Source of the DNA: Callorhinchus milii
Taxonomy: Eukaryota
Assembly: GCF_018977255.1 (NCBI RefSeq)
Contig: NW_024704742.1
Location: 37,450,001-37,514,000, forward strand
DNA: 64,000 nucleotides
Direction: 5' to 3'
Shown here one piece after another: positions 62,130 through 64,000 of this stretch. Every line of letters starts with the position of its first letter. Positions within the stretch are counted from its first letter, which is position 1. Under the pieces are notes generated by a model, which did not search any database, had not been told where the DNA came from, and saw nothing but the letters and a program-made list of their open reading frames with translations. The position numbers were made by a program, and so were the translations under genes.

Positions 62130-62525
62130 CTATAATAATGATAATAATAATAATCTTAAATTTGATACAGCGCCTTATCATGTCATTGAGACGTCTCAAA
62201 GTGCTTCACAGAATATACTGTAAAGTGAATTGACTATGTTTTGTGGCCGAAACACTACAGCCAATTGTGCACAGCAGTGTCTTTCAAACAAACGTGGGTT
62301 AAGTGACTAAATCATTATTATTATAATTTATTTATTTATTTTTGAAGAGATTATTACCCCCAGAAAGCGATCTGCCAATCGATTAACAACCAGGTTCCTA
62401 CTTACTGTTAGATAAACAGACGCTTAATGAGTAAGGAAGCTTGCCTAAGGATTCGCCCTGCCCAGAAATCGAATATGGTTCCTCTCCCTTGCGAGGCAAG
62501 TGCTCTAAGCAATACTCTACAGGAT
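62130..62525 (-). mobile_element. tRNA-derived SINE (family S), near full length
   Basis: Reverse tail, body and head. Confidence 0.8.
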
Positions 62526-63789
62526 TCAATATACTCTAACCAATATATTACTGGACTATCTAGCTATTAAGCTATCAAAGAACATCAATAAGTTTTTTGC
62601 GGGTGATTCTCTGCTCTCTGGCAAATGTGTCATCACAAATCCACGTCACCAGGTGGATAAATTTCCCATTATAAACTCATGCCACCATGGTGGATAAAGG
62701 TACCCACCAGTGGACTATCACGACAACCTTACCCACCAAAGACACAGATACTACTAATAATAGTAATATTAACAACAATAATAATAATCCTTGCATTTGG
62801 TTTAGCGCCTTGTCAAAAGCAACAGCCAATTGCGCACAGCAGTGTCCCACAAACAGGAATTAGATGACAGTTTGTAGAGTTACTCTCTGTGTAGTTGAAT
62901 TGTAAGATAGTAAACCTAGATATATTGTGTGCAGAGAATCACAGTTATTATCAAATGCTCACTCACATTGCTTACTGCAGTATAAAGTGAAAAATGACCA
63001 GCGTTGGTTTTGCACCACATTCTCTCCTCGAACAGACACAGAATAAATTATTGACTAAAACGTTCAATGTTATCATGGGACAAAACCTTTGGTGTCAGTA
63101 CCTTGGAATCATATTAGCATCATATAAAGTGGATCTCACCTTTGGCTGGCCTATCCTTGAGACATAATTAACTCTACTAGCTGAAACGTTAATGATACCG
63201 TAGAGTAGTATAGTGCAAAGTGCTTACGCCATTGCATGCCCCATATCATTTGTTTTAAAATAGAGCCCAACCTTTCACGGGCAACCTTACTCTTAAAGAT
63301 TCTTCTGTAATGTTCAACGATGACCTTTGGTGAAAGCAGATAATGTTCCACTGATGTCAGGCAGGGGAGCTCAGCACAACATGCTGACTTGCTGTCATTA
63401 AATTCCACATGATCCACAGCCAACGTGTTCCTTGTCAAAGCACTCATATTACAAGCTGTCCCTATTGGCTCACTTGCTCACGGGAATACCCACCAACTAA
63501 TTGAGGTACATGGTCGAGGACGGCCAAAATCCACTGGTTTGTGCCATGGTGTTAAGGGCGCTATATTTGGCCAAAGAAAGAAAGAAGCAACTGTGGCCTC
63601 CCTTTAAGGTTTCAGTTATTGACTTAAGGGAGGTAACTGGTAGAAATAAAAGTGCTGTGAAGCTATATTAGATCTCAGCATTATTAAATCCAATCCACTT
63701 TGTTTTATGATCCACATCATTCCCTGTAAAGAACTTTGGGAAATATTATCCTATATGAAACACACAAGGGCACAAGTTATATAATATTG

Positions 63790-64000
63790 TAGTAGTCCTT
63801 GCATTTGATATAGCATCTTATCACATCATCAACGCATCTCAAAGCCCTTCACAAGATTTACTGAAAAGCATAGTAACTGTTTATTTTGTAGGCAAACGTG
63901 CTAGCCAATTTGTGTACAGTAATGTCCCACAAACATCCATGAAGTGAATGACCAATTTTATCTGGGGAATTGTTTACCAGGACACCGGGAGAAACTCCCT
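63790..64000 (-). mobile_element. Deu-like SINE 3' half, cut by the window end
   Basis: ccttgcatttgatatagc tail; ccaggacaccgggagaaactccc core. Confidence 0.65.

Noticed and set aside
1..64000. CRISPR array, operon or other prokaryotic/viral system
   Set aside because: The sequence is a spliced vertebrate gene with retroposons; no regularly spaced repeat-spacer array or gene-dense ORFs.
47000..64000. Exons of a downstream neighbour gene (KLHL8 is expected from tetrapod synteny)
   Set aside because: No kelch-like or other non-transposon coding peptide was recognised on either strand; a UTR cannot be excluded.

Overview
Vertebrate genomic DNA, most likely a cartilaginous fish (inferred from the repeat landscape: LF-SINE, Deu-domain SINE, L2 and CR1 fragments). 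The window holds the 3' part of an AF4/FMR2-family gene on the + strand, best matching AFF1. I assembled by hand 18 GT-AG coding exons (8638-40531; 2874 nt, phase-consistent, 957 aa plus stop). They encode the ELL-binding segment, the Ser-rich region, the AF9/ENL-binding motif and the C-terminal homology domain (CHD). The 5' exons lie upstream of the window. A ~6.4 kb apparently transposon-free 3' UTR ends at paired AATAAA signals near 46.9 kb. Introns and the downstream 17 kb are dense with retroposons and a few MITEs. Most notable: three intronic look-alikes of AFF1 splice acceptors plus exon starts, each leading to an early stop (candidate decoy/poison exons); a 15-aa tandem repeat inside the large exon; a perfect 27-bp-stem hairpin made by fold-back within an L2 tail; an inverted pair of young L2 copies with the same 5' breakpoint; and an unclassified ~450 bp poly(A)-tailed repeat. 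No prokaryotic or CRISPR-type system is present. Family names come from recalled consensus sequences, not from searches, and repeat boundaries are approximate.
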